Shown here one piece after another: positions 9,763-18,819 of a stretch of DNA of 64,000 nt (the stretch's first letter is position 1; the number at the start of each line of letters is the position of its first letter). The notes beneath the pieces are model-generated. The model was not told the origin of the DNA. It searched no databases and worked only from the letters and a program-made list of their open reading frames with translations. Position numbers and translations under genes: made by a program. Origin of the DNA: Dehalococcoidia bacterium (lineage in GTDB: Bacteria > Chloroflexota > Dehalococcoidia > Lucifugimonadales > CATOSD01); contig CBDCJA010000002.1 of the NCBI GenBank assembly GCA_965217705.1, forward strand, positions 3,367,960-3,431,959, read 5' to 3'.

Positions 9763-9867
9763 GTCGCTGCTCTCGTCTCGTACTCGTTGCGTTCAACACC
9801 GAAGGCGAAGGCGGTACCCACGGCGGCCAACGCCGTTCCTGCTGTCAGTGTGGGTGGTGGACGCGCC

Positions 9868-9935
9868 GAGCGTTATCCCCTGGAAGGGACAGCACGGATG
9901 TAGTGGCCTTGAGGGGACTACGCGGATGTAATCCC
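9868..9935 (+). promoter_or_regulatory. Phased-box element: GGGAC-AGCACGGATG and GGGGAC-TACGCGGATG, 28 bp apart, upstream of the ATPase gene
   Basis: About 65 bp are alignable with 30166..30233 in the same orientation. Confidence 0.5.
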
Positions 9936-10063
9936 CGGAGGTCTGTCATGTGTGCAGGATTGGTGGAAGCCGGGCGTTGTCCTTTCATCGAGCGGAGAGT
10001 TACCTTTCATTCTGCCGTATAGATATCTTGCAAACTGCCGATATCTGAAGTTACAATCAGCCG

Positions 10064-11368
10064 ATGACCGAGAACGCACTCTACACGCGTTTCGCGGAAC
10101 GGCGTCTGACCGAAGCACTGGAGGACTCGCCGGTCGCGCTGATTCACGGCCCGCGCCAGTGCGGCAAGACCACTCTCGCCCTGATGGCCTGCGCGCCGGA
10201 GCGCCTGACTTCGGGAGGCCGTCCTGTTCGCGAGCCGGCCGCCGACTCTCCGAGCCATGCGTACCTCACCTTCGACGATGCGGTAACGAGGGAAAGCGCA
10301 GAGGCCGATCCGATGGGCTTTGTCGCCGACCTTCCCGAGCGAGTCATCCTGGACGAGGTGCAGCGGGTCCCCGGGCTCTTTGCGGCGCTGAAGTTGGAGG
10401 TGGACCGGCGGCGGGCGCCGGGCCGATTCCTCCTGACGGGTTCGAGCAACGTTCTCCTGACCCCGGCGCTGTCGGACTCGCTGGCGGGGCGGATGGAAAC
10501 GGTGCGGCTGCATCCGCTGGCGCAGTGCGAACTCCGGGGATCCTCGATTCCGACCGGCTTCCTCGACGTCCTGTTCGGAGGCGGGTTCGAGGTGCGACGG
10601 ACGGATAGACTGGGGCGCAATCTCAGCGAGCGGATCGCATCGGGGGGATATCCGGCGGCTCTGACGCGGCCCGCCGGCCGCCGGCGGGCCAACTGGTACC
10701 GCAACTACATTGACGCCCAGGTGCTCCGGGACGTACGCGACCTCTCCCGAATCCGCTCTCTCGACGTGTTGCCGAGGCTGATGTCGCTTGCCGCCGCCAA
10801 CACGGCTACTCTGTTCAACTTATCAGACCTGGCCGCGCCCTTTGAGCTCAGCCGCCCCACGATCCGCGAATACGTCACCCTGCTTGAGCAGGTGTTCTTG
10901 CTGGAGGAGTTGCCGTCCTGGCACAGCAACCGCTTGAGCCGCCTTGTGAAGAGACCGAAGCTCCACGTGGGCGACACCGGTCTGGCCTGCGCGCTGCTCG
11001 GAGTGGACGCCGACGGTCTCTGGGCGGACCGGACGCTGCTGGGGCGTTTGCTGGAGACGTTCGTATTCCTGGAGCTCCAGCGGCAGGCGAGCTGGCACGA
11101 CGCTCTCATGTCGTTCTTCCACTTCCGTGACAGGGACGGCGTCGAGGTGGACGTCGTCATAGGGCGGGGCGCTCAGGCTCTGGCGGGAGTGGAGGTCAAG
11201 GCCGGTGCGACGGTCACGGCATCGGACTTTCGAGGGCTGCGTAAGCTCAGGGATGCGGCAGGCGACAGGTTCGCCGGGGGAGTGGTGCTCTACGACGGCG
11301 AGACGAGCGCCGGCTTCGGAGACCGGCTCTACGCGGTGCCCATACGAGCCCTCTGGGAGACGCCGTGA
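10064..11368 (+). CDS. AAA+ ATPase with a DUF4143-type C-terminal domain
   Basis: P-loop HGPRQCGKTTLA and Walker B VILDEVQ. The length and C-terminal region are typical of this family. Confidence 0.8.
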   Translation: MTENALYTRFAERRLTEALEDSPVALIHGPRQCGKTTLALMACAPERLTSGGRPVREPAADSPSHAYLTFDDAVTRESAEADPMGFVADLPERVILDEVQRVPGLFAALKLEVDRRRAPGRFLLTGSSNVLLTPALSDSLAGRMETVRLHPLAQCELRGSSIPTGFLDVLFGGGFEVRRTDRLGRNLSERIASGGYPAALTRPAGRRRANWYRNYIDAQVLRDVRDLSRIRSLDVLPRLMSLAAANTATLFNLSDLAAPFELSRPTIREYVTLLEQVFLLEELPSWHSNRLSRLVKRPKLHVGDTGLACALLGVDADGLWADRTLLGRLLETFVFLELQRQASWHDALMSFFHFRDRDGVEVDVVIGRGAQALAGVEVKAGATVTASDFRGLRKLRDAAGDRFAGGVVLYDGETSAGFGDRLYAVPIRALWETP

Positions 11369-11389
11369 ACAATGGTCTTTCGAGAGCGG

Positions 11390-11674
11390 TTACGGAGCCG
11401 TCCCTGATTGGGGCTGCTGCCGCGGCCTCACCCTTGGAAGCAGGTGACCCAGGCCCATGCTGTCTGCGAGGTCCTGGAGTGCGAGCAGGTGGTGCATGTT
11501 GGGCTGGACGCCTCGCCGCCAGCGCCACAGGTTGACTACGCTGGTGCCGAGACGGCGGGCGATCTCGGCCCACGTCAGCCCGGAGGCTTTCTTGAAGCTT
11601 TCAAGAGCATCGGCGAAGTCGCCGGTCAGGACGTAGGTCGTCTTCTTGGTGCGTTTGACGCGCTTGCGGGGCAT
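11390..11674 (-). CDS. Small HTH protein, type A (paralog of 60128..60463)
   Basis: SGLTWAEIARRLGTSVVNLWRWRRG aligns with SGLPWAEIARRLGTYPYTVWRWYRG. Confidence 0.65.
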   Translation of the reverse strand: MPRKRVKRTKKTTYVLTGDFADALESFKKASGLTWAEIARRLGTSVVNLWRWRRGVQPNMHHLLALQDLADSMGLGHLLPRVRPRQQPQSGTAP

Positions 11675-11678
11675 TTGG

Positions 11679-12029
11679 TCAGTCCTCCTTGAGGGGGTCC
11701 AGGAAGTCGTCTCCCAACAGGATGTCTAGACCTCCCGGTATCCACGGGGCGAGACGAACCAGGGCGTGGTAGGCTCCCCCGCAAGGCTTCGTTCCCTGCG
11801 TCCACCGCAGGACCTGCTTGGGCTCGACTCCCAGCAACTCGGAGAGCTCCTCGAAGGTGAGGTCTGCGGCCTCCTTCAGTCGGACGAGCCGTTGCGGGAA
11901 GTCGTCGGGCAGTTCGCCGTCCCCGTGGGGCACGAGGCGCCCGTCGATGACGGGGTCTCCGGCGTAGATGGACAGGCGGGGAGAGCTATGAGCTATCGTC
12001 GTCTTCGTGTCGCAGCTCGAATAGTTCAT
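11679..12029 (-). CDS. Small HTH protein, type B (paralog of 40059..40325); start uncertain
   Basis: DFPQRLVRLKEAADLTFEELSELLGVEPKQVLRWTQGTKP aligns with DYPERLERLIELVGLTREEFAERLGVGIDRVTAWREGTIP. Confidence 0.55.
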   Translation of the reverse strand: MNYSSCDTKTTIAHSSPRLSIYAGDPVIDGRLVPHGDGELPDDFPQRLVRLKEAADLTFEELSELLGVEPKQVLRWTQGTKPCGGAYHALVRLAPWIPGGLDILLGDDFLDPLKED

Positions 12030-12225
12030 CGAAATCCTCCACTCCCAGGACTCTCTGCATACGCCGTCGGATGCGCCCCGAGGGTGCGCGACCCTCGTTG
12101 ACCAGCGTGGACAGGTAGCCCCGGCTGATGCCCGTCTCGCGAGCCAGCCAGTTCTGGGAGCGGCCGAGCAGTTCCAGGCGATCCCAGAGGGCCTTTGTCT
12201 TGAGCAGGACGACGTTGCGTTTCAT
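11986..12225 (-). CDS. XRE-family HTH transcriptional regulator
   Basis: RSQNWLARETGISRGYLSTLVNEGRAPS is an HTH motif. Confidence 0.7.
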   Translation of the reverse strand: MKRNVVLLKTKALWDRLELLGRSQNWLARETGISRGYLSTLVNEGRAPSGRIRRRMQRVLGVEDFDELFELRHEDDDSS

Positions 12226-12368
12226 GGCGGTCGGGGTCTCCTGTATACTAAGTGTCGCTTATGGTACAGTGTAATCACAAAGCAGATGGCATGTCAAGAA
12301 CGGATGTGCTATTATTCTAAGTCGTGATTATCCTCTCGTATGAGCGCTAGACAGGAGCGATCCAACCC

Positions 12369-12737
12369 ATGACCGAAGACCGGGGCTACCGCTGGAAGAG
12401 CATCGGCGCTCGCATCAAGGAGGCGAGGCAAAAGGTCGGCCTCACCCAGAAGCGGGTGAGCGAGCTGGTCGGGGTCAGCCCCCACGCCGTCTGGTCCTGG
12501 GAGGCGGGGAAGATGAAGCCCACCCCGGAGCATCTGCTGGAGCTTGCATACCAGTGCGAGACCAGCACCGACTGGCTGCTGGGGAGGGATGTGGTGGAGG
12601 CGGAGATACTGAAGGAGGCGGACGTCTCCTTCCGCAACGCAATAGAGGGATTGCCCATGGAGGACCTGGAGTCGATCATGGAGTTCATCCGATTCGTGCG
12701 GGAGCAGCGGAGAAGGAGGGACCGGGCTGAGAGATGA
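12369..12737 (+). CDS. XRE-family HTH regulator, partner of the ImmA/IrrE-like protein
   Basis: IKEARQKVGLTQKRVSELVGVSPHAVWSWEAGKMKP. There is a 4-nt overlap with the downstream gene. Confidence 0.85.
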   Translation: MTEDRGYRWKSIGARIKEARQKVGLTQKRVSELVGVSPHAVWSWEAGKMKPTPEHLLELAYQCETSTDWLLGRDVVEAEILKEADVSFRNAIEGLPMEDLESIMEFIRFVREQRRRRDRAER

Positions 12738-13237
12738 ACCGTGCACAGCGGAAGGCCGCGGCGCTCCGGCGGAAGCTGGGGCTTCATGGCCGCGTTGACG
12801 CCGAGTCCGTGGCCGGCATCCTGGGATTGGAGGTGGTTGCGTGGCCGATGCGCGTACAGCAGGAGATGCAGATGGGCCTGTTCATCGGCGTGGCGGAGCG
12901 CCTGGACGCTCGCTGGCGACGCTGGGTGATAGCCCACGCCATCGGGCACCGGCTGCTACACAGCGGCAACCACCTGTGGATACGCGGCCACACGAGCCTT
13001 AACAGTCTGTTCGAGCGGGAGGCGGAGGACTTCGCCCGTGCCCTGCTGACGGACTTGGACGAGGTGATGGAGGAGGGGCTGAGCGAGGTGTGGGAGGTGG
13101 CGGAGCACTTCGGGGTGCCGGAGGAGATGGTGTGGCTTCAGTCGCCGCTCCTAAGTGGAGTGAACGCCAGTGCTGCACGGTTATGGGAAAAGGAAGGCAA
13201 CGCACAAGGAGGAAGGGGCAGAAGGGAGCCAAAATAA
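12734..13237 (+). CDS. ImmA/IrrE-family metallopeptidase-like protein with a degenerate zinc motif
   Basis: VIAHAIGHRLLH stands where HExxH is expected, giving HAxxH. A downstream EREAEDFARALL motif is present. Confidence 0.75.
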   Translation: MNRAQRKAAALRRKLGLHGRVDAESVAGILGLEVVAWPMRVQQEMQMGLFIGVAERLDARWRRWVIAHAIGHRLLHSGNHLWIRGHTSLNSLFEREAEDFARALLTDLDEVMEEGLSEVWEVAEHFGVPEEMVWLQSPLLSGVNASAARLWEKEGNAQGGRGRREPK

Positions 13238-13286
13238 GATACTCGAATATGGATCTGCAGATCGAAAGCGAGTACGCCTCTGCGGC

Positions 13287-13643
13287 TCATCGTTTCAAGT
13301 ATCTCAACAAGCTGAATCCGCAGTTCACGCGATCAACTAGCCTCTTTTTGCCACCGAAAGAAACCTTCCTTGCTCGTAGCAACTGAGTGCCCTTGCTGCT
13401 CATGCTACCGCTGTACGCCAACAGCGGGTACCAATTCAGTTCAGACGGAGAATCGACTAGAGTCGCTGCAAGATCCAATCCACCCTGAATTTGGCGGATC
13501 GCGTCAGGCACCTTAACGCTCCTGCCACCCTTCAGTTCGACAGAACAAACGACTTCCTTGTCCCGCGATGTGAAAATCAAACGATCACAGAGCTTCCCAT
13601 TCGTCCCATGCTGCTGCTGGTGCTTGTCTCCGTGAATCGTCAC
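13287..13643 (-). CDS. Hypothetical AT-richer small protein, possibly a PD-(D/E)xK fold
   Basis: CDRLIF...VCSVELKGG resembles a D...E-x-K motif. The IS630 end plus its TA duplication abuts the GTG start, leaving no SD between them. Confidence 0.4.
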   Translation of the reverse strand: MTIHGDKHQQQHGTNGKLCDRLIFTSRDKEVVCSVELKGGRSVKVPDAIRQIQGGLDLAATLVDSPSELNWYPLLAYSGSMSSKGTQLLRARKVSFGGKKRLVDRVNCGFSLLRYLKR

Positions 13644-13658
13644 TAGTACCTAGTCAAC

Positions 13659-14330
13659 TTAATTATTGGAGGGATAGAGTCGGTGCAGTTTAGTGCGAGC
13701 ATCCTGGATCGAGAAGCGCCAGTCGATGCTGGCACGATCCGTATTGCGTTCTTCTTGGAGTGCATGGACACGCCGCCTCAGGACAGTCTCATCAGGAACA
13801 CGCCGCCTCAGACAGCCGCGGCTGAACACGCTGAGCTCGATTTCGGCCATAGCCTGCCCCGTACCTGATACGGGGTTGAGCCAGCTTCCATGCTTGGGAG
13901 TGTAGTGGAACCGCAAACGTCTGGCGATGCGTCTGGCTTCGTCAGGCACAAAAGCCACATACAGGGACCCGAGTCTATGAGTGTTGAGGTTGTCGAGGAC
14001 AACCCGGACCGTGTCGGCTTCTGGATAGGCTTCGCCGACAAGCCACTTCATCTGGTGTGCAAAGTCCTGTCGTGTCCGCCGTTCCGTGATGGCCACGTGT
14101 CGGTAACCCGCAAGGGGTTCGATGAACATGAACAGGTTGCGTGTTCCCTGTCGTCGATACTCGGTGTCGTATCTCTCGGGCTGGCCGGGTCGTGCCGCAG
14201 TGGGTTCGCGCACGTCCGCCAACAGTTGAGTAGAGGACTCGTCGAAGCACACCACGGGCTGTTTGGGATCATGCGGTTCGTGGTACACGTCCAGTACCTC
14301 CTCCATGGAAGCAACGAAGTCGGCGCTCAC
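13659..14330 (-). CDS. IS630 transposase DDE part, orfB, reached from orfA by a -1 shift on A7
   Basis: A -1 shift after LKK gives NELKPWQKKEWCIPE..., then VVCFDES, VLDNLNTH and SWLN-[PVSGTGQA]-MAEIE. Confidence 0.85.
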   Translation of the reverse strand: MSADFVASMEEVLDVYHEPHDPKQPVVCFDESSTQLLADVREPTAARPGQPERYDTEYRRQGTRNLFMFIEPLAGYRHVAITERRTRQDFAHQMKWLVGEAYPEADTVRVVLDNLNTHRLGSLYVAFVPDEARRIARRLRFHYTPKHGSWLNPVSGTGQAMAEIELSVFSRGCLRRRVPDETVLRRRVHALQEERNTDRASIDWRFSIQDARTKLHRLYPSNN

Positions 14331-14812
14331 CTCCGGAATGCACCACTCTTTCTTCTGCCATGGCTTGAGTTCGTTTTTTTCAGACGTTTGCGAATGCCCT
14401 CGTGTGATATGGAGTCCACCAGACCCAGTTCCACAGCCTTGTCTGACAGCAGTCTCAACGTCCAGTGGTCGTGCCCGTCAGGTGCGCTGCTGCAAGCCAG
14501 GGCGATCAGGAGTGCCTCACCTTTCTCGTCCAGCTTGGGAGGTCTGCCAGGACGAGGCCGATCCACCACTGCGCCCTGTAGTCCTGCTTCGCAAAAGCGC
14601 CTTTTGATACGGTATACAGTACCTGGAGACACGTCCAGCGCCTCGGCTATCCGATGCACAGTCCAGCCGTCGTCAGCCTTCAGTAAGATCCGCGCCCTGG
14701 CAACCTCTCGTACGGAACTCGTGCCCCCTCGGACGAACTTCTGCAAAGACTCCCGCGCACCATCTGTCAGTTGGACCACATACTTCTCTCGACTCATTTC
14801 AGCACCCTCCAT
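14327..14812 (-). CDS. IS630 transposase N-terminal (HTH) part, orfA
   Basis: MSREKYVVQLTD...WTVHRIAEALDVSPGTVYRIKRRF. The ORF ends shortly after the A7 run at 14374-14380. Confidence 0.85.
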   Translation of the reverse strand: MEGAEMSREKYVVQLTDGARESLQKFVRGGTSSVREVARARILLKADDGWTVHRIAEALDVSPGTVYRIKRRFCEAGLQGAVVDRPRPGRPPKLDEKGEALLIALACSSAPDGHDHWTLRLLSDKAVELGLVDSISHEGIRKRLKKTNSSHGRRKSGAFRR

Positions 14813-14932
14813 ATGAAAGCGAGTTCATCAGAGTGCACCAGTTCTTATATTCATACAAAACTAGGTTGACTAGGTACTAGTGTTGTCCGTAGTTAGGGTG
14901 GTTTTCATCGCAAGTGGGGCTCCTCTAACTAA

Positions 14933-14978
14933 GGAACCGCAGGATAGTTGGTAGCTGACCTGCGGTTCCGCCTTTTCT
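14933..14978 (+). terminator. Hairpin GGAACCGCAGG/CCTGCGGTTCC followed by GCCTTTTCT
   Basis: An 11-bp perfect stem with a 15-nt loop and a T-rich tail, read directly. Confidence 0.35.
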
Positions 14979-15166
14979 ATGCCGGTTGGCTATGTGCCAA
15001 AGGCGTCCCTCCTCCGGTTTGCTTCCCTTAGTTACTCACGCATCGCCACGATACGCAACGCATATGAGCAGGAGCAACTGGTGAGTTTGCCTAGTTTTGG
15101 CTGAAAAGGGCGGGTTTGGGGCGTGTTCTCAGACGAGTAAAGAGGAGCTGGGGTTGCTAAGTGGGA

Positions 15167-15409
15167 TTAGCCTTTGCCGCGCCGGTTGCGGGCGCACTCC
15201 GCGCACTTCGCGGGCACGCGGCCAGTTGTGGCTGTGGAGAAGTCCTGCCCGCACAGCGCGCATCGAACAGAGGTTGGGCGTTGGCCGGCGTAGCCGTTAC
15301 GTCGGCGGTTCTGGCACAGGCGGCAGCGCGCCGGTAGACGGCCCAAAGGCTTGGTGTGAACCGAGCGGCCGCAAGCGCGGCACGGGATTGACGAAGGACG
15401 ACGGCGCAC
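15167..15409 (-). CDS. Small duplicated zinc-ribbon protein (two CxxC...CxxC units)
   Basis: IPCRACG...GRLPARCRLC and VRCALCG...GRVPAKCAEC. GTG start with GGTGAT upstream. Confidence 0.35.
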   Translation of the reverse strand: MRRRPSSIPCRACGRSVHTKPLGRLPARCRLCQNRRRNGYAGQRPTSVRCALCGQDFSTATTGRVPAKCAECARNRRGKG

Positions 15410-15621
15410 TTGACATCACCATAACGAGGTGTAATGAGCGCCCTCGCCGTAAACGACGAGGGCGCTCAAATTAGGAGGGGGCATAATGCGCTTCCCAGCA
15501 CACTACGCGAGGTTAGTTCTTGTAAGCCCAGCCCGTCAAGGCGGTTTGGGGTGTTTACGCGCGAGGATTTTGCATCGAGCGGAGTGGGTGGTAGGACGCC
15601 CGTCGTTTTGCATAACTCTTG

Positions 15622-15886
15622 TATACAGTACCTGGAGACACGTCCAGCGCCTCGGCTATCCGATGCACAGTCCAGCCGTCGTCAGCCTTCAGTAAGATCC
15701 GCGCCCTGGCAACCTCTCGTACGGAACTCGTGCCCCCTCGGACGAACTTCTGCAAAGACTCCCGCGCACCATCTGTCAGTTGGACCACATACTTCTCTCG
15801 ACTCATTTCAGCACCCTCCATATGAAAGCGAGTTCATTAGAGTGTACCAGTTCTTATATTCATACAAAATTAGGTTGACTAGGTAC
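15622..15886 (-). mobile_element. Truncated second IS630 copy: transposase 5' end and one IR only
   Basis: Near-identical to 14612..14877, including the IR GTTGACTAGGTAC at 15874-15886 and the flanking TA. Homology stops abruptly near 15622. Confidence 0.85.
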
Positions 15887-16002
15887 TAGGTCAGATCTGT
15901 CGAGACCTTGCAAGTTGATTTTGCAGGAGCGCTCCTGATAGGAATCGGTGAGACAGCAATTGCTATGTAGGCTGCGAATCTCTTCAGCAATTCTCTTCAC
16001 GT

Positions 16003-17553
16003 TCACTTGATGCGAATCCGTTGCAACGCTATGGCCTCATCATAGACGAGTTCAATCTCGCGGGCGAACTCATCCTCGTCAATCCCTGTCTCAGGGTCGA
16101 TCTCCAAGGGACTGATCACGCTGCCGCCTAGAGCTTGGTCGTAGTGGAACAGAAATGCGCCAATCTGCTTTTGCTGTAGACAGTCTTGAGTCTGGAATTC
16201 ATGCGCTCTAATCCAACGATTGCTTGCGTGGCTCAGGCGCAACAGGTTGTTTATCTGGGCGACGAACATATCGCTGTGGGTCGTCACAATCACTCTTATT
16301 CCCGCATTAACCAGTCTGGCGATGCCGCGGGCCATCTGCCTTTGGGCGCCAGGATGCAGGTGGGATTCGGGTTCCTCCAGAATTACGAGGTCCTCTTCGG
16401 TTACCAGATACTTTAGGAATAGCATTAGAGGAGCCAGTTCCGATACCATCGAAGAAGTATGTTCAAGCGTGAATCTACCAGGCGACGGTTCGATTCCAGT
16501 CTGTTCATACACAATCTCGGGGTAAGGCAAGCCATCTGAATCGTCCAAATCGATTCTACCTCTCAAGACTTCATCCTCAATGAAATTGATTGCGCCATCC
16601 AAATCGGCCTGCCGGGAACGTCTTCTCATGCGTTTGTCTAGCCCAATTATATGGCTTAGGAACTCGGTTGTTATCCCAGGCAAGGTTGGAATGTTGACCG
16701 GCTCTAGCCCTATACGCCTCGATTGCCGCACCAAAGACGCCGCCAACACTTTGTGGCCCTGAGCAATACCGGAACGGGCCGCTGGCAAATAAAAGACCTG
16801 AAGTGGAAGTCCGACAAAGGTCTGTTCAATCGCTGATACCACAAGCGAGTAAAGTGACTGGCGAAGCAATTCTCTCTCGTGTTCATCGTCAAGTACGCCT
16901 ACGGCGGCAAGCTCTTCAAACATGTAAGTCGGCACAGAGAACTGGGAGATCTCAAACTCCGGTACGGATCCGAGCCTGTCCATCAACTCGATGTTTAGAT
17001 GCAACTTTGGCTCGTCCTGACGTATGCTAAGCAGCGGTTTCATCCGTGCTTTTCCTCTTCGCACAAATCCTGAAGCTTCGCCGTAGGTCTGGCGCAATCG
17101 CTCGATAACATCGTCGCCAAATGAACTCAAGAGTTGCACGACTGATTGCGCAACATGCTCCTGCACTCTGCCAGGCAAGTCAGAAATCGTGATTTGGCAC
17201 GACTCCAATGCCTCTACGTCTTGCGCCCTTATCCACTCTCCGTAGGCCTCGACTACTTTTGGGGAATCCTGTGTACTATGCCTACTCCATCCAAAACCGA
17301 AGAGCCTACCGACTGCCCGCCGCTGGCGTCCAGCAAGACTTGCAGTTCGCAAGTATGGAGCTAATTCATTGTAGTGTGAAGCTGTCATAAGAGCGTAAAT
17401 GGCAGCAGCCATGAACGACTTACCAGTATTGCTGCGCCCCATGAAGATCGTTAACGGTCGTAAGTCTACAGACCCCTCAACAATGGGCCCAAAGTCCTTG
17501 GCCGACACTGTCAACATAGTTTTCTCCATATTTTCACTTGTCAGGGAATCCAA
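16003..17553 (-). CDS. ABC/SMC-like AAA ATPase (AAA_15/AAA_21-type) in an AT-richer patch
   Basis: Walker A GRSNTGKSF, Walker B/D-loop LVILEEPESHLHP and H-loop VIVTTHSD. The start may be the internal MLTV at 17517. Confidence 0.8.
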   Translation of the reverse strand: MDSLTSENMEKTMLTVSAKDFGPIVEGSVDLRPLTIFMGRSNTGKSFMAAAIYALMTASHYNELAPYLRTASLAGRQRRAVGRLFGFGWSRHSTQDSPKVVEAYGEWIRAQDVEALESCQITISDLPGRVQEHVAQSVVQLLSSFGDDVIERLRQTYGEASGFVRRGKARMKPLLSIRQDEPKLHLNIELMDRLGSVPEFEISQFSVPTYMFEELAAVGVLDDEHERELLRQSLYSLVVSAIEQTFVGLPLQVFYLPAARSGIAQGHKVLAASLVRQSRRIGLEPVNIPTLPGITTEFLSHIIGLDKRMRRRSRQADLDGAINFIEDEVLRGRIDLDDSDGLPYPEIVYEQTGIEPSPGRFTLEHTSSMVSELAPLMLFLKYLVTEEDLVILEEPESHLHPGAQRQMARGIARLVNAGIRVIVTTHSDMFVAQINNLLRLSHASNRWIRAHEFQTQDCLQQKQIGAFLFHYDQALGGSVISPLEIDPETGIDEDEFAREIELVYDEAIALQRIRIK

Positions 17554-18031
17554 TGCTCAGGAGTCTCATCGCAACAGAGGCATTACATACTTCGCAAATT
17601 CAATGATAGTGGCACTCGCGACGTAACTCAAGATGGCGCATCACGCCATATCCACCGCCTAGGCAAATGAGAAGGCCTCCTTGGAGCCAGCGGCGAGAAT
17701 GACTGTCGCCGTTCAAGGGGAGTACACCGCGGCGGCTCAGATGCTGGGGGACGCTCGAGCCTACAACATCGAGAGCCTCGAAGCTCGTAGTATTCTGGAG
17801 AGTGTGCCCACCTCCCTAAGTCAGGGAGGCATCAGGGACGAGGAGGTGTAAGCTTGCACTAGTGAGGCCACCTCGCGCTGCTTCAACCACCGGCTGTTCA
17901 CGACCAGGGAGTGGGTGCAACCGCACCGGATAGCTCCTCACTGCGCGACTCCCTGAGGGCCGTCTCACGTCCTGAGAAGGTAGACTTCTCATGTGCACAG
18001 CCATTCATGTGACGGTGTGCCCTGGCTGCCA

Positions 18032-18814
18032 TCACCTTCTGACGATCCCCTGGGGGTCTCGCCGCGACGCATTCCGGTTGAGTGCGCGGTCGAGAATGGC
18101 GAACGCTTCACGGATGCCCATGTCCTCGGCGCCGGGTACGGGCTCCTCCTCCTGCATGAGCAGAGCGTGGGCGATGAGGTCGGCCATCTGTAGCAGGTAG
18201 TCGGAGTCTGAGCTTCGGAACGCGGGTCCGCCGATGACGCGCTCGAGGGGGATGTTCCTGGTCCTCTCCCCCTCTTCCCACAGCTCGTACCGGCTGGGCA
18301 CGGGGTTGAATATCCTCAGCCTGCGGTAGGCCCTTGTGACCATCTTTTCCCTGCTCTTGTCGAAGATGAGGAATGCGTGTCGGCTCGCCGCCTTGACCGA
18401 GGTGTTGACGCGGTTGAGCAGCCGGTCGAGGCTTGTCTGTTGGTAGGCCCTCACCTCCGCCTTGCGCAGACAGACGTTGATGACCTCGACGCCGCCGATG
18501 CGGATAGCGGCGTCCTCTATGCGGCGCAGCCCGCTGGTGAAGACCTCCGCCTTCTGTCGGGGTGAGAGTGGCTCGCTGGAACCGCCGTTGCGGGTCAGTA
18601 TTCCCATTCCCGCAAGCGGGGCCTGTCCCGTACCCGAAACGGGGTCGCGGGCTTGAAGCTCCCTGTCGGTTGGGACGGCGTTTCGGTCCTGAAGCTCCCT
18701 TCTCCACTCGCAGATGTCGCCGAACAGGTCGTTCCAGCGTTCGGCGTCCACGCCCAGGGCGGATCGGGCGTGGCGGCTGGGACCCTCGGACTCGCCGACG
18801 TAGTACAAGCGCAT
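18032..18814 (-). CDS. DUF3800-family protein
   Basis: MRLYYVGESE... and C-terminal SDSDYLLQMADLIAHAL are typical of DUF3800. A GGAGG SD lies upstream of the ATG at 18814. It is the last gene of the transfer operon. Confidence 0.75.
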   Translation of the reverse strand: MRLYYVGESEGPSRHARSALGVDAERWNDLFGDICEWRRELQDRNAVPTDRELQARDPVSGTGQAPLAGMGILTRNGGSSEPLSPRQKAEVFTSGLRRIEDAAIRIGGVEVINVCLRKAEVRAYQQTSLDRLLNRVNTSVKAASRHAFLIFDKSREKMVTRAYRRLRIFNPVPSRYELWEEGERTRNIPLERVIGGPAFRSSDSDYLLQMADLIAHALLMQEEEPVPGAEDMGIREAFAILDRALNRNASRRDPQGIVRR

Positions 18815-18819
18815 GATGA

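Larger units (their letters stand above)
13646..14877 (-). mobile_element. IS630-family insertion sequence, complete ends
   Basis: 13-bp perfect terminal inverted repeats, GTACCTAGTCAAC at 13646-13658 and GTTGACTAGGTAC at 14865-14877. They are flanked by TA/TA (13644-45 and 14878-79), the target duplication typical of IS630/Tc1. Confidence 0.9.

Noticed and set aside
17690-17850. 51-codon + ORF (MTVAVQGEYTAAAQMLGDARAYNIESLEARSILESV...) between the ATPase and DUF3800 genes
   Set aside because: It is too short, has no SD or motif, and may be a gene fragment.
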